Source: a virus | Taxonomy: Duplodnaviria; Caudoviricetes | Strand: one strand, 5' to 3' | DNA length: 64,000 nt | IMG/VR virus record: IMGVR_UViG_3300034061_004620 | Part shown: positions 47,390-56,947 of the stretch, in pieces | Layout: each line of letters opens with the position of its first letter | Numbering within the stretch: position 1 is the stretch's first letter | Notes under the pieces: generated by a model | The model's database searches: none | Seen by the model: the letters and a program-made list of their open reading frames with translations, nothing else | What the model was told of the DNA's origin: nothing | Position numbers and translations under genes: made by a program

Positions 47390-47655
47390 GTCAGTTGACA
47401 CCAGGTGCCACTTATGTTTATGAAAGAGTTGGCGGTCGAGTATATGCTCGCAAGTTTGGTAGTACAGAGAGAATTTTGATTGGCGAAGAGTACGAGTTAG
47501 ACACAAATCAGCGCAGCATGAAAATAGCAGCAGATTGGGTGCCTATTGTAGAAGCAGCTGAACATAATCCTGCTTTACAGGATGCACTGGATCGTGCTAA
47601 ACTAATCTATATACTAAGTCAAGAACAAGATCCACTATTTCATCATCCGGTATGA
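47386..47655 (+). CDS. Hypothetical protein
   Basis: ATGA-coupled on both sides. Confidence 0.75.
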   Translation: MSQLTPGATYVYERVGGRVYARKFGSTERILIGEEYELDTNQRSMKIAADWVPIVEAAEHNPALQDALDRAKLIYILSQEQDPLFHHPV

Positions 47656-48116
47656 CAGATAAACTAAACATTGCCAACGAAATGCGAGCCTTTGATAGCA
47701 AGGATCGAATGTTTTATCGCGAATTAACCGAAGAAGAACGTCGAAAGTTTAGCACATATCTTATGATTCGGTGGGGTAGTTCAGTACAAGGTAGTACCGA
47801 ATTACAACAGTATTACCTTTTAAGTTGTAATGAAAATTTCAATAAACATTTTTTTGATTTGGCCAAGTATCCAGAATTGCAGTGGTTAAGTGCAACTACA
47901 GTAAGCCCGGGCATGGGCACGTTCAGGCACGACTGGATAAAACAAAAGAAACGTGAAAGTAGTAACAATAAAGCAGTAAAGTTTTTGAGACAGATATACC
48001 CAGATTACAAAGAGGACGAATTAGAATTATTAGCACAAATAAACACAATCAATGATTTGAAACAATTGGCTCGTGAGCATGGATGGGATGACAGAAGAAT
48101 CAAGTCCGAACTTTAA
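47652..48116 (+). CDS. Probable clamp-loader small subunit (T4 gp62-like)
   Basis: FSTYLMIRW...N..F...RHDWIK...FLRQIYP..K..EL layout and size resemble gp62. Confidence 0.55.
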   Translation: MTDKLNIANEMRAFDSKDRMFYRELTEEERRKFSTYLMIRWGSSVQGSTELQQYYLLSCNENFNKHFFDLAKYPELQWLSATTVSPGMGTFRHDWIKQKKRESSNNKAVKFLRQIYPDYKEDELELLAQINTINDLKQLAREHGWDDRRIKSEL

Positions 48117-48786
48117 GTGTAAATACTGTGAGCGACTGTTTAGGCGAGAAAGCACACTCACAGCTCATTTATGCGAGCCAAAACGCCGATGGCAACAAGA
48201 AACAGAAACAGGAGTTCAATTTGGGCTTAGAGCGTATCTGCAATTTTATGAAACTACACAAGGTAGCGCACAACTTAAAAGCTACACTGACTTCGTTGCA
48301 AGTCCGTATTACAATGCTTTTGTTAGGTTCGGTAGATACTTGGTTGCTATTCGCTGTATTAACAGCAACAGCTTTATCAGTTGGTTATTGAAGAACAATA
48401 AAAAATTAGATCATTGGTGCAAGGACAAGTTCTACGAAGAATGGCTTTATGAGTATATTAAAAAGGAAGCAGTCCAGGATGCGCTGGAACGCAGCCTCCG
48501 AACCATGGAGGAGTATGCCATTGGAGATAGTGGGATTACTACTTTCAGCCATTATTTTAAGTACGGTAATCATAATAGGATTTGTCATCATATTACCACT
48601 GCTCGCGTTAGTCCTTGGGTTGTTTACAACTGCAATAGTGGTATTGAGTTTCTTGAGCAACTTCATGAGGAGCATTTGGCCATTGTTCTTCCTTATCTTG
48701 ATCCTGATTATTGGAATCGTAAGTTCCGGGATTACGTGGCCGATGTAGAATGGTGCAAACACATCTTAAAAGCAGCAGGCTTATGA
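48073..48786 (+). CDS. Zinc-finger-containing hypothetical protein
   Basis: FKCKYCERLFRRESTLTAHLC (C-x2-C-x12-H-x-C). Exact start uncertain. Confidence 0.75.
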   Translation: MSMDGMTEESSPNFKCKYCERLFRRESTLTAHLCEPKRRWQQETETGVQFGLRAYLQFYETTQGSAQLKSYTDFVASPYYNAFVRFGRYLVAIRCINSNSFISWLLKNNKKLDHWCKDKFYEEWLYEYIKKEAVQDALERSLRTMEEYAIGDSGITTFSHYFKYGNHNRICHHITTARVSPWVVYNCNSGIEFLEQLHEEHLAIVLPYLDPDYWNRKFRDYVADVEWCKHILKAAGL

Positions 48787-49376
48787 AATTTACCAGTGAT
48801 ATTGATATTGATGTGGCCAACAGAGATCAAGCACTTGCATTGATTAAACATGTAGATGCAAGTATTATACGCGATGGCAAAATAGCTAAACATAATACAG
48901 GTGCATACTTTACAGAAATTCCCGTTGATCCTTTTACTGGACGAGCAAGTTTAGATTATGAAGAAGCAGAAAAGCGTGGGTATATCAAGCTTGATATTCT
49001 TAATGTAGGGTTATATCAACAGGTACGATCTGAAACGCATTTGCAAGAATTAATGAGTCAAGAGCCATTATGGGACTTGTTACGTGCGCCTGATTTTTGC
49101 AGTCAGTTGATACACATAGGTTCGCATCACGACACACTAATGCGAATGCCCGAGCCTGTTGATAGTATTCCAAGACTGGCCATGTTCCTTGCTATAATAC
49201 GCCCAGCAAAGCGTCATTTAATTGGAAAATCATGGGCAGAAGTTGCAGAAACTGTTTGGGAGCGACCTGCTGGAGACGAATACTATTTTAAAAAAGCACA
49301 TGCTGTAGGTTATGCACACTTGGTAGCAGTCAACATGAACTTGATTTGTGAACAAGTCAGCTACGGATACAGCTAA
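48783..49376 (+). CDS. Minimal DNA polymerase III alpha-like (family C) catalytic core, 197 aa
   Basis: SDIDID, KHNTG, GYIKLDIL, LAIIRPA and YFKKAHAVGYA correspond to the DnaE motifs PDIDxD, HAAG, KxDxL, LxRPG and FNKSHAxxYA. Confidence 0.8.
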   Translation: MKFTSDIDIDVANRDQALALIKHVDASIIRDGKIAKHNTGAYFTEIPVDPFTGRASLDYEEAEKRGYIKLDILNVGLYQQVRSETHLQELMSQEPLWDLLRAPDFCSQLIHIGSHHDTLMRMPEPVDSIPRLAMFLAIIRPAKRHLIGKSWAEVAETVWERPAGDEYYFKKAHAVGYAHLVAVNMNLICEQVSYGYS

Positions 49377-49750
49377 CCAACCTTACGTACCAAAGTAATT
49401 GATCTACGTTTGCTGCGCTTGGCAGCAATTTCTTTAAGGCTCACCTGCGGGCCAAACTTGATTTCCACATCTTTTGAGTTCATGGTTTTGACCACTGTCC
49501 TGAACGGTTGCCACTCGGCTTTTAGAAACACATTGATAGGTATCAATCTATTACTTTCCCACCACCACATTTCTGCAAGTTCTAAAAACTGCTGTTTTTG
49601 TTCAAGCGTTCGTAGAGCACCGTAATCGTAGATTGTGGTAATAACTTCATCCAAGTTCTGTATTACGCCTATGTATTCATTGCCGCCGTATACGAGGTAA
49701 GTCAAGAATGGGTATTTTTTTAGTAATTCTGTGTAATCAGGTTCTACCAT
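49373..49750 (-). CDS. Hypothetical protein
   Basis: KKYPFLT...EYIGVIQN...WWWESNRLIPINVFL; convergent with the replication operon. Confidence 0.8.
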   Translation of the reverse strand: MVEPDYTELLKKYPFLTYLVYGGNEYIGVIQNLDEVITTIYDYGALRTLEQKQQFLELAEMWWWESNRLIPINVFLKAEWQPFRTVVKTMNSKDVEIKFGPQVSLKEIAAKRSKRRSITLVRKVG

Positions 49751-49758
49751 TTTTTCAA

Positions 49759-49764
49759 TAAATA
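49759..49764 (+). promoter_or_regulatory. T4-late-like promoter (ATAAATA)
   Basis: TAAATA 7 nt upstream of ATG 49772. Confidence 0.65.
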
Positions 49765-49771
49765 CAAGATA

Positions 49772-50263
49772 ATGCAAATCCAAGCTTATTTATATCCGAA
49801 TACAGTCACGGTCCAATTATGGGATCAGAGTATTTTCACACCAAGGAACAGAGTCGTGTACAGTCGCCCCGTTAAAATTTATCAAGGCATAGATAATCCT
49901 ATGCAGATTGTTGTGCTTAATCAGGATCAAAAGCCAGTAGATCTTACTGGTTATATTGTTCAAATGGACATACAAGATCCACTTGCAGAAGGCAGCGTAG
50001 AAAGTGTAGCTGTTGGTTTTACTGACATTACAAAAGGTCGCGGTACTTTTGCTATTACCAAATCAGTTGCGAACAGTTTAGATCAACGCTTTTACAAAAT
50101 GACACTTAAACTAATTGAGCAGGCAACTAACCAAGAAAGACCGTTGTATATAGATGCCAATTGGACTGCACCCATTGACTTAGAAGTGTTACCGGGTTGG
50201 TACGAAAGCATGCCGCTTACACTAAACAGCGACGAAGTGCTTGATGCAGGAACAATACAATGA
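49772..50263 (+). CDS. BppU-like baseplate/tail-fibre anchor protein
   Basis: IYQGIDN...NQDQKPVDLTG...GRGTF pattern; directly upstream of the tail fibre. Confidence 0.65.
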   Translation: MQIQAYLYPNTVTVQLWDQSIFTPRNRVVYSRPVKIYQGIDNPMQIVVLNQDQKPVDLTGYIVQMDIQDPLAEGSVESVAVGFTDITKGRGTFAITKSVANSLDQRFYKMTLKLIEQATNQERPLYIDANWTAPIDLEVLPGWYESMPLTLNSDEVLDAGTIQ

Positions 50264-53200
50264 CTATAAATTACAGCAAACAAGTTTTAATAAAAAGGGG
50301 TAACACAGCGGCCAGCAGCAGTTATACTGGTCCACTGGGTGAAATTACTTTTGACACGGATTTAAACACTATCAGAGCACACGATGGTACAACTGCAGGT
50401 GGTCATATTCTTGCAAACGTTTCACAAATTAACAGTAATATAAATCTATCAGCAGTTAATGCTAATGTAGCTGCGGCCAATTTAACTATAGCATTGACTA
50501 ATGCAAACATTGGAGCATTTCAAACCTACGCTAACATTGAATTTACAGATTTATGGGCAAATGCCGCTGCTCAAACTATTGCCCTTGACAATTTTATAGC
50601 CGGAACTGGCTTTGCTACATCAGCTAATCTTGGTGCTTATCAAATATTTGCTAATGCAAACATTGGAGCTTATCAGAATTATGCAAATGTAACATTTGCC
50701 GAATTGAGTGCAAATTTAGGAAACATAATTGTTGGCACAGGATTCGTTACACAAACCCAATTAATAAACAATGTTAATATAATAAGTGCTAATGTTGGCA
50801 GCTTTCAAATTTTTTCAAATGCAAATGCAACACTTCAAAGTCAGGCACTGTTTCAGGCAAATATAGATCACGCGGCAAATACTATTGCAGCAAATGCATT
50901 AATTTCTGCATTGCAGACAAATGCCGCTATACAGCAAACACAGATAACTGCATTAGATGCAAATATTGGTAGTATAATCACTGGAACAGGCTTTGCCTCG
51001 TTAGATCAACTTAATGCCAATGTTGGAATATTAAACACAAAATTAAGGGTGAATGTTGAAATAATAAGTGCCAATTTAGGTGCATATCAGATATTTACAA
51101 ATGCTAACTCTATTGCTCAGAGTAATTCAATTGATGTTTTGTTGACAAACGCAGCAACTCAAGCAACTTCAATCAATTCATTAAATGCAAACATAGGTTC
51201 ATATCAAACTTTTGCTAACGCCAATGTGGTAGCCATAATGGCCAACTTAGGTGTTACACAAATATGGGCTAATGCTAATATAGCTACTATTAATTCTAAT
51301 TTAGGCGCCTATCAAACTTATGCAAATGCCAGTGTGGTAGTAATACAGGCCAATTTAGGTGCATATCAAACCTATGCCAATGCCAATGCTGCATTGCAGA
51401 CTAATGAATTAAATAATTTACTTGCTAACGCCGGAGCGCAAGCTACAAGTATAAATCTATTAACTGCCAGTGTAACTGCGGCAAATAGTGCAATTACCAC
51501 ACTAACTGCCAATGCCGCCACACAGGCTGGTCTAATTACCACTGTCAATGCCAATGTGACTGCGGCCAATGCTGCCATCACAAGCTTACAAAGTAATGCT
51601 GCGGTACAACAAGGTGTTTTAGATGTATTGTCTGGCAACGCAGTGACTTCAACACTTGAGCTGCAACAATTAACCAGTAATGCAGCGGTTCAGGCAGCAA
51701 ATCTTGTTGTATTGATTGCTAACGCAGCCACACAAGGGGCAAGCCTTACAGTGTTGGTTAGTAATGCAGCAGCACAGGCCACAGCCTTGGACAATATTAA
51801 TTCAAATATTGGTGCATATCAAATATTTGCTAATGCAAATGCCACAATCCAAGCCAATTCGATCACAACAATTGATGCCAATTTGGGCTCATTATCGCTG
51901 TCAATCGACAATTTAACTACAAACGCAGCAACACAAGGTGCTTCGTTACTAAGCTTAGATGCAAATTTAGGCACAGCCACTACCAATATAACTGCATTAC
52001 AAGCCAATGCCGCAACACAGGGTAATACATTAAACAATATTGGTGCAAACGTTGGGGCATATCAAACATATGCCAATGCCAATGCCGCAACTCAGTCTGA
52101 CTCAATTACAACACTGATTGCCAACACTGTAACCTTGACTCAATCTGTCGATTCACTGAGTGCTAATGCAGCAACACAAGGTGCAACTCTTGTTACACTG
52201 GATGCCAACTTGGGTACAGCAGCCACAAATATAACCAGCTTACAATCTAATGCTGGCAGTCAAGCAGTATCAATAAATTCTATTAGTGCCAATCTGGGTT
52301 CTTATCAAACTTATGCAAATGCAAATGCTGCCGCACAAGCAACCAGTTTAAGTTCATTAATAGCAAATACCAATGTATTAACTGCTGATATTAATGCATT
52401 GTACGCCAATGCTGCTCAACAACAAAGCGATATGGCAAACATTGTGATAGGCTCTGGATTTGCATTAATCACGCAATTGACAGCTAATGTAGATACTATA
52501 AATGCCAACATTGGTGCCTATCAAACTTTTGCAAATGCCAATGCTGCCGGGCAAACTACAGAAATAAATTCACTGCGAGGAAATATTACAGCAGCAAATG
52601 CAGCCATCACTTCTTTGCAATCTAATGCTGCTACACAAGCAACAGAAATAAATTCTTTACGAGCTAATATTACCGCGGCAAATACATTGATACCAAATTT
52701 ATCTGCGGTATCAGGAAATATTTTACCAAGCGCAAATGTAACCTATAGCTTGGGTGACGCTACACATCAATGGAAGGACCTATGGGTCAGTAACAATACC
52801 ATTTATATTGGTAACACACCTATTAGAGTAGATGGCGGAACATTATTAGTTAATAATACACCACTTAGTGGCGCTGTGAATGGAAATATTGTTGTTGGAA
52901 ATAGCGAAATAAACTTTGTGGCAAACAGTTCTGGAGACGGTTTTGGATTCGGCACTATAGAATTACGTCCTGATACCAATGCCATCGAAGACAGTTACTT
53001 AATTATTGACCCTACATATCCAAGTCACATTCATATTCGTGCCGGCGGAACACAAGACAATAGCCTTACAGAACTATATCTTGGTGGAGAGAACAGTCAC
53101 TTTAAAGTCAATAATGGGCTTAATCCTGATGTCAGTGTTGCCGCTAATAATTATGTTTGGTCGTATGGTACAGATGGAAGTTTAACTTTCCCAACCGATG

Positions 53201-54438
53201 GCAATTTGATATTTGACTCAAATGCAGTCAGCGTGATTGACGGTATTACTTCCGTTATTTTGACTGATCCGGGTTATATAAGACATACCAATCTAACTTC
53301 AGAAATTATTTTATCAGAGAACACTTTTAGATTCGAAAGCAATGCGGGAACTGGATCCTCCTATATTGAAGGGCAGCAAAACGAACTATTCTTGATGGGC
53401 AATCTTACTACCGTAATTAGTGCCATGTTCGGCAGCAGTACTTGGGAGTTCACAGCCAACGGTAATATCAATCTGGCCACTGCTGGTAATAACCCTGATC
53501 GGGGCATTGTTTTTGGTGATGGATCCTTCCAATCTACAGCCTGGCGTGGCTTTGGTAATACCATTGCTATTGGTTACAACACCGGAACAGTTTCACAAGG
53601 TGGTGGTGCAGTGGCCGTGGGATCCACTGCGGGTAATGTCAGTCAAGGAATAGGTGCAGTTGCCGTTGGTGAAGCCGCAGGCACATCAAGTCAAGGCATA
53701 GAAAGCATTGCCATTGGTAAAACAGCCGGCGAGCAAACTCAAGGTGCTTATTCAATTGCCATTGGTTCGGCCACAGCCTACTATCAGCAAGGTACTGGTG
53801 CTGTTGCCATTGGTACCAGTGCTGGCGCATTACAACAAGGTAATCATGCTATAGCAATTGGTACTGGCGCCGGCAGTGCCCTACAAGGCAACAACAGTAT
53901 CATCTTGAATGCCACTGGTTCTGCACTTGAACAAACCACAGACAACACATTCACCGTGGCACCAATTCGCAACACCAGCGGCACAGATGGTGTACTACAG
54001 TACAACAATTCTACCAAGGAAATTTCCTATAGTAGCACTCTGGTTGGTAATCTTTCAGTTACTGGCAATATCACACAACAGAGTGCATACTATGAAACTT
54101 ACGCCAATGTGGTCAATGTGGATGGCAACCTGACCTGTAACTTTGTGAACGGTGCAACATTCTATGCCACGCTCACTGCCAATGTTACAGTGAACTTTAC
54201 CAATGTTGTGGCCACAGCAGGTCAAGTAACAGGAGCTACCTTGATTGTGGATCAAGGTGCTACACCATACAGCGTGGCCAACATTCAGATCAACAGTGGC
54301 GGCGTACAAACCATCAAGTGGGCAGGTGGTACAACAAACACAGGCACAGCCAGCAACACAGACGTCATGAGCTTTAGCTTGATCAGCCTGGATGGCACCA
54401 GCTGGCGCATACTGGGACAGATTGCAAACTATGCCTAA
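50260..54438 (+). CDS. Long tail fibre/adhesin (1392 aa)
   Basis: Mtd-N-like start (QVLIKRGNT...GEITFDTD..TIRAHDG..AGGH), A/N-rich coiled-coil repeats, 14-aa AIAIG repeats, C-terminal beta domain. Confidence 0.88.
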   Translation: MTINYSKQVLIKRGNTAASSSYTGPLGEITFDTDLNTIRAHDGTTAGGHILANVSQINSNINLSAVNANVAAANLTIALTNANIGAFQTYANIEFTDLWANAAAQTIALDNFIAGTGFATSANLGAYQIFANANIGAYQNYANVTFAELSANLGNIIVGTGFVTQTQLINNVNIISANVGSFQIFSNANATLQSQALFQANIDHAANTIAANALISALQTNAAIQQTQITALDANIGSIITGTGFASLDQLNANVGILNTKLRVNVEIISANLGAYQIFTNANSIAQSNSIDVLLTNAATQATSINSLNANIGSYQTFANANVVAIMANLGVTQIWANANIATINSNLGAYQTYANASVVVIQANLGAYQTYANANAALQTNELNNLLANAGAQATSINLLTASVTAANSAITTLTANAATQAGLITTVNANVTAANAAITSLQSNAAVQQGVLDVLSGNAVTSTLELQQLTSNAAVQAANLVVLIANAATQGASLTVLVSNAAAQATALDNINSNIGAYQIFANANATIQANSITTIDANLGSLSLSIDNLTTNAATQGASLLSLDANLGTATTNITALQANAATQGNTLNNIGANVGAYQTYANANAATQSDSITTLIANTVTLTQSVDSLSANAATQGATLVTLDANLGTAATNITSLQSNAGSQAVSINSISANLGSYQTYANANAAAQATSLSSLIANTNVLTADINALYANAAQQQSDMANIVIGSGFALITQLTANVDTINANIGAYQTFANANAAGQTTEINSLRGNITAANAAITSLQSNAATQATEINSLRANITAANTLIPNLSAVSGNILPSANVTYSLGDATHQWKDLWVSNNTIYIGNTPIRVDGGTLLVNNTPLSGAVNGNIVVGNSEINFVANSSGDGFGFGTIELRPDTNAIEDSYLIIDPTYPSHIHIRAGGTQDNSLTELYLGGENSHFKVNNGLNPDVSVAANNYVWSYGTDGSLTFPTDGNLIFDSNAVSVIDGITSVILTDPGYIRHTNLTSEIILSENTFRFESNAGTGSSYIEGQQNELFLMGNLTTVISAMFGSSTWEFTANGNINLATAGNNPDRGIVFGDGSFQSTAWRGFGNTIAIGYNTGTVSQGGGAVAVGSTAGNVSQGIGAVAVGEAAGTSSQGIESIAIGKTAGEQTQGAYSIAIGSATAYYQQGTGAVAIGTSAGALQQGNHAIAIGTGAGSALQGNNSIILNATGSALEQTTDNTFTVAPIRNTSGTDGVLQYNNSTKEISYSSTLVGNLSVTGNITQQSAYYETYANVVNVDGNLTCNFVNGATFYATLTANVTVNFTNVVATAGQVTGATLIVDQGATPYSVANIQINSGGVQTIKWAGGTTNTGTASNTDVMSFSLISLDGTSWRILGQIANYA
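50500..52700 (+). repeat. Degenerate peptide repeats in the tail-fibre stalk
   Basis: 13 copies of (A/S)N(L/I/V)G(A/S)(Y/F)Q(T/I)(Y/F)ANA (one variant), many NAAxQ units and 4 G(T/S)GF(A/V) units. Boundaries approximate. Confidence 0.8.
53557..53910 (+). repeat. 14-residue YadA-head-like repeats
   Basis: 7-8 tandem xQGxxA(I/V)A(I/V)G units. Confidence 0.8.
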
Positions 54439-55174
54439 ACTTGGTAGATTCAGTGCCATTCACCAGCCCGCACAGAAGATAATTCGTCGTCGTATCGTGG
54501 TACCATCTACTCCGGTGTCTTTTGCCAATCCTACACAAAGCACAGGATCAGCAGTAAGCATTGCGGCTGTGAGTCCGTTTGCAGGTGGTGGCAACAGTCT
54601 CCAGTTCTCAAGGTCAACCAACAGCTGGATCAGTTTTGCTGGCAGCAACGACTGGGCAGTGGGCACCGGCGACTTTACTGTAGAATGGTTTGGTTATCAG
54701 ACTGACACCACCCAATTCCAGCGTGTGTTTTCAGTGGGCGATTATCCCAGTATCAAACTTGGTGTCAGTATAGAATCATCCACATTTTACTATTGGGCCA
54801 ATGACAGTTTCCGTTATAGTTCTGCAGGTGCTACCAGCACAAACACTTGGTATCATTGGGCGGTAGTTAGATCAAGCGGAACTACCTATGTTTATAGAGA
54901 TGGCACATTAAGAGGTACCAGCATTGCTGACACAAATAATATCACAGACAATACCACGTCTCTTTATATAGGCAATACTAATACACCTGCTACCAATGCG
55001 GCCTGGGTTGGATACATTACTAATTTTAGATTTGTCAAAGGACTGGCGGTGTATACAGGTAACTTTACCACACCTACCTCGGCACTTGCAGCAGAAGCAT
55101 CAGCAAACCCCTATGGTGGTTCAAATACCGCTGCCATTGGATCGGGATTTACAAAGTTGCTGCTGGTTCCTTGA
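54431..55174 (+). CDS. LamG/concanavalin A-like lectin-domain virion protein
   Basis: GTGDFTVEWF, WYHWAVVRSSGT...YRDG, YITNFRFVKG.A.YT.NFT.P. Confidence 0.82.
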   Translation: MPKLGRFSAIHQPAQKIIRRRIVVPSTPVSFANPTQSTGSAVSIAAVSPFAGGGNSLQFSRSTNSWISFAGSNDWAVGTGDFTVEWFGYQTDTTQFQRVFSVGDYPSIKLGVSIESSTFYYWANDSFRYSSAGATSTNTWYHWAVVRSSGTTYVYRDGTLRGTSIADTNNITDNTTSLYIGNTNTPATNAAWVGYITNFRFVKGLAVYTGNFTTPTSALAAEASANPYGGSNTAAIGSGFTKLLLVP

Positions 55175-55202
55175 TGGCTAAGTAATAAAACAAAGGAAAA
55201 TT

Positions 55203-55907
55203 TTGTTTTATTTAATAACAACTTTAATTCTAACACACATTACCATAGCCTGTGTGACACTATACCTACATCGCAGTCAAGCACATCGTGGTGTCACATT
55301 TCATCCTGTGGTAGCCCACTTTATGCGAGCCTGGTTATGGCTAACTACGGGCATGGTCACTCGACAATGGGTTGCTGTACATAGAAAACATCACAGATTC
55401 TGCGAACAAGCGGAAGATCCACACAGTCCGGTACATTATGGTATATGGAGAGTCTTACTAAAAGGAGCACTACTTTATAATGAAGCCAGCAAAGATAAAG
55501 CAATGGTTAGTGCTTACGGCAGCGGCACTCCTGATGATTGGATCGAGCACCATGTATACACGCCTCACAGTAGACTTGGCATTGGCCTTTGCCTTGTGCT
55601 CAATATCATCGTCTTCGGTTGGGTGGGTGCCATAATATGGTTGGTACAAATGCTGTGGATACCCTTATGGGCGGCCGGAGTAATTAATGGCGTAGGACAC
55701 TGGTGGGGTTATCGTAACGGTGACACCAGAGACCAAAGTAGAAACATTTTACCAATTGGTATCTTGATTGGCGGCGAAGAGTTGCATTCTAATCATCATT
55801 TAGACCCAGCCAGCCCTAAATTATCACTGCGTTGGTGGGAATTTGATATTGGTTGGTTCTACATTCGAGTTTTACAATCATTAAAGTTGGCTAAACTTAA
55901 AAATTAG
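55203..55907 (+). CDS. Fatty-acid (acyl-CoA/acyl-lipid) desaturase
   Basis: Three His boxes (HRSQAH, HRKHH, HSNHH), transmembrane helices, WWEFDIGW; TTG start after AAGGA. Confidence 0.92.
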   Translation: MFYLITTLILTHITIACVTLYLHRSQAHRGVTFHPVVAHFMRAWLWLTTGMVTRQWVAVHRKHHRFCEQAEDPHSPVHYGIWRVLLKGALLYNEASKDKAMVSAYGSGTPDDWIEHHVYTPHSRLGIGLCLVLNIIVFGWVGAIIWLVQMLWIPLWAAGVINGVGHWWGYRNGDTRDQSRNILPIGILIGGEELHSNHHLDPASPKLSLRWWEFDIGWFYIRVLQSLKLAKLKN

Positions 55908-55921
55908 TATACAATAACACG

Positions 55922-56947
55922 ATGTTAGACTCCGTCCAGCACCAGGTTTTGCAATTACTGCCTGCCCGCAAAAAGACAGGGCAAAACGGCTGGACCAGTT
56001 TTAATGCACCTTGCTGTGTACACAATGGAGAAACGGCTGACACAAGAGGTCGCGGTGGTGTTAAAGCAAATGCAGGGCAAGTCAGTTATCACTGCTTCAA
56101 CTGCGGGTATACCGCCAGCTTCATTCCCGGTCGCCATTTAACTTTCAAGTTTAGAAAATTGTTGGCATGGTTGGGTGCAGATGATCTAACTATACGTCGT
56201 TTAGTAATCGAAGCAGTAAGACTAAGAGAACTTGTAGCACCCGATGAACTTGAACGGGTTCCAGAAGAAGAGATTGTTTATGAAGCAAGAACATTACCCG
56301 ACCAAGCACGTAATGTTGTTGAACTGGCTAATTTTTACAGCCTTGGAGATTACAATAATGTGCCCGCAGAATTGCTGGCAGCAATAGAGTATGTACATCG
56401 CAGAGCCATTGATTTAAATAAGTACAAATTTTACTGGACTCCTGAACAAGCATACAATTTACATCGTAGGATTGTTATTCCGTACTATTATCGTGGCAAG
56501 ACGGTAGGATACACCAGTAGATCTATTGTAGACGGAATAAAACCCAAGTATTGGAGTAGTCATCCCGCAGACTTTGTGTTTAATTTAGATATGCAAAAGC
56601 CAGATAGCAAATTTGTCATTGTGTGCGAAGGACCGTTTGATGCCATGAGTGTAGATGGCGTATCAGTTAGTGGTGCAGAAATATCAGACACACAAGTAGA
56701 TCAAATTGATAGATTGCAACGTGAAGTCGTTGTAGTACCTGACACAGATCGTGCAGGACGTAAACTCGTTGATAGAGCTATAGAAGCTGGTTGGACTGTG
56801 AGTTTTCCTGTATGGCAGGACACCTGTAAAGACATTAACGATGCTGTGGTTAAATATGGTAAACTGTTTGTACTTAAGAGCATACTGGCGGCGAGGGAAA
56901 CAAGCAAGCTCAAGATTGAATTGAAGAAAAAAAAGTTATATGCTTGA
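55922..56947 (+). CDS. gp61: DNA primase (gp61-like: Zn finger plus TOPRIM)
   Basis: NAPCCVH...YHCFNC, VCEGPFDA, PDTDRAG, KDIND. Confidence 0.88.
   Translation: MLDSVQHQVLQLLPARKKTGQNGWTSFNAPCCVHNGETADTRGRGGVKANAGQVSYHCFNCGYTASFIPGRHLTFKFRKLLAWLGADDLTIRRLVIEAVRLRELVAPDELERVPEEEIVYEARTLPDQARNVVELANFYSLGDYNNVPAELLAAIEYVHRRAIDLNKYKFYWTPEQAYNLHRRIVIPYYYRGKTVGYTSRSIVDGIKPKYWSSHPADFVFNLDMQKPDSKFVIVCEGPFDAMSVDGVSVSGAEISDTQVDQIDRLQREVVVVPDTDRAGRKLVDRAIEAGWTVSFPVWQDTCKDINDAVVKYGKLFVLKSILAARETSKLKIELKKKKLYA

Noticed and set aside
48783-49376. Reading the Pol III-alpha-like ORF as a decayed pseudogene
   Set aside because: Clean start and stop with coupled overlaps, and motifs retained in order with internal deletions rather than truncation or frameshifts.
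50260-50420. Mtd-N-like domain suggesting a diversity-generating retroelement
   Set aside because: No reverse transcriptase and no template/variable repeat pair differing at adenines in the window. Mtd-N is only an anchor domain.
50500-52700. Periodic repeats that might be a CRISPR array
   Set aside because: The repeats are degenerate at synonymous positions and lie in frame inside an ORF. There is no constant DNA repeat with unique spacers.
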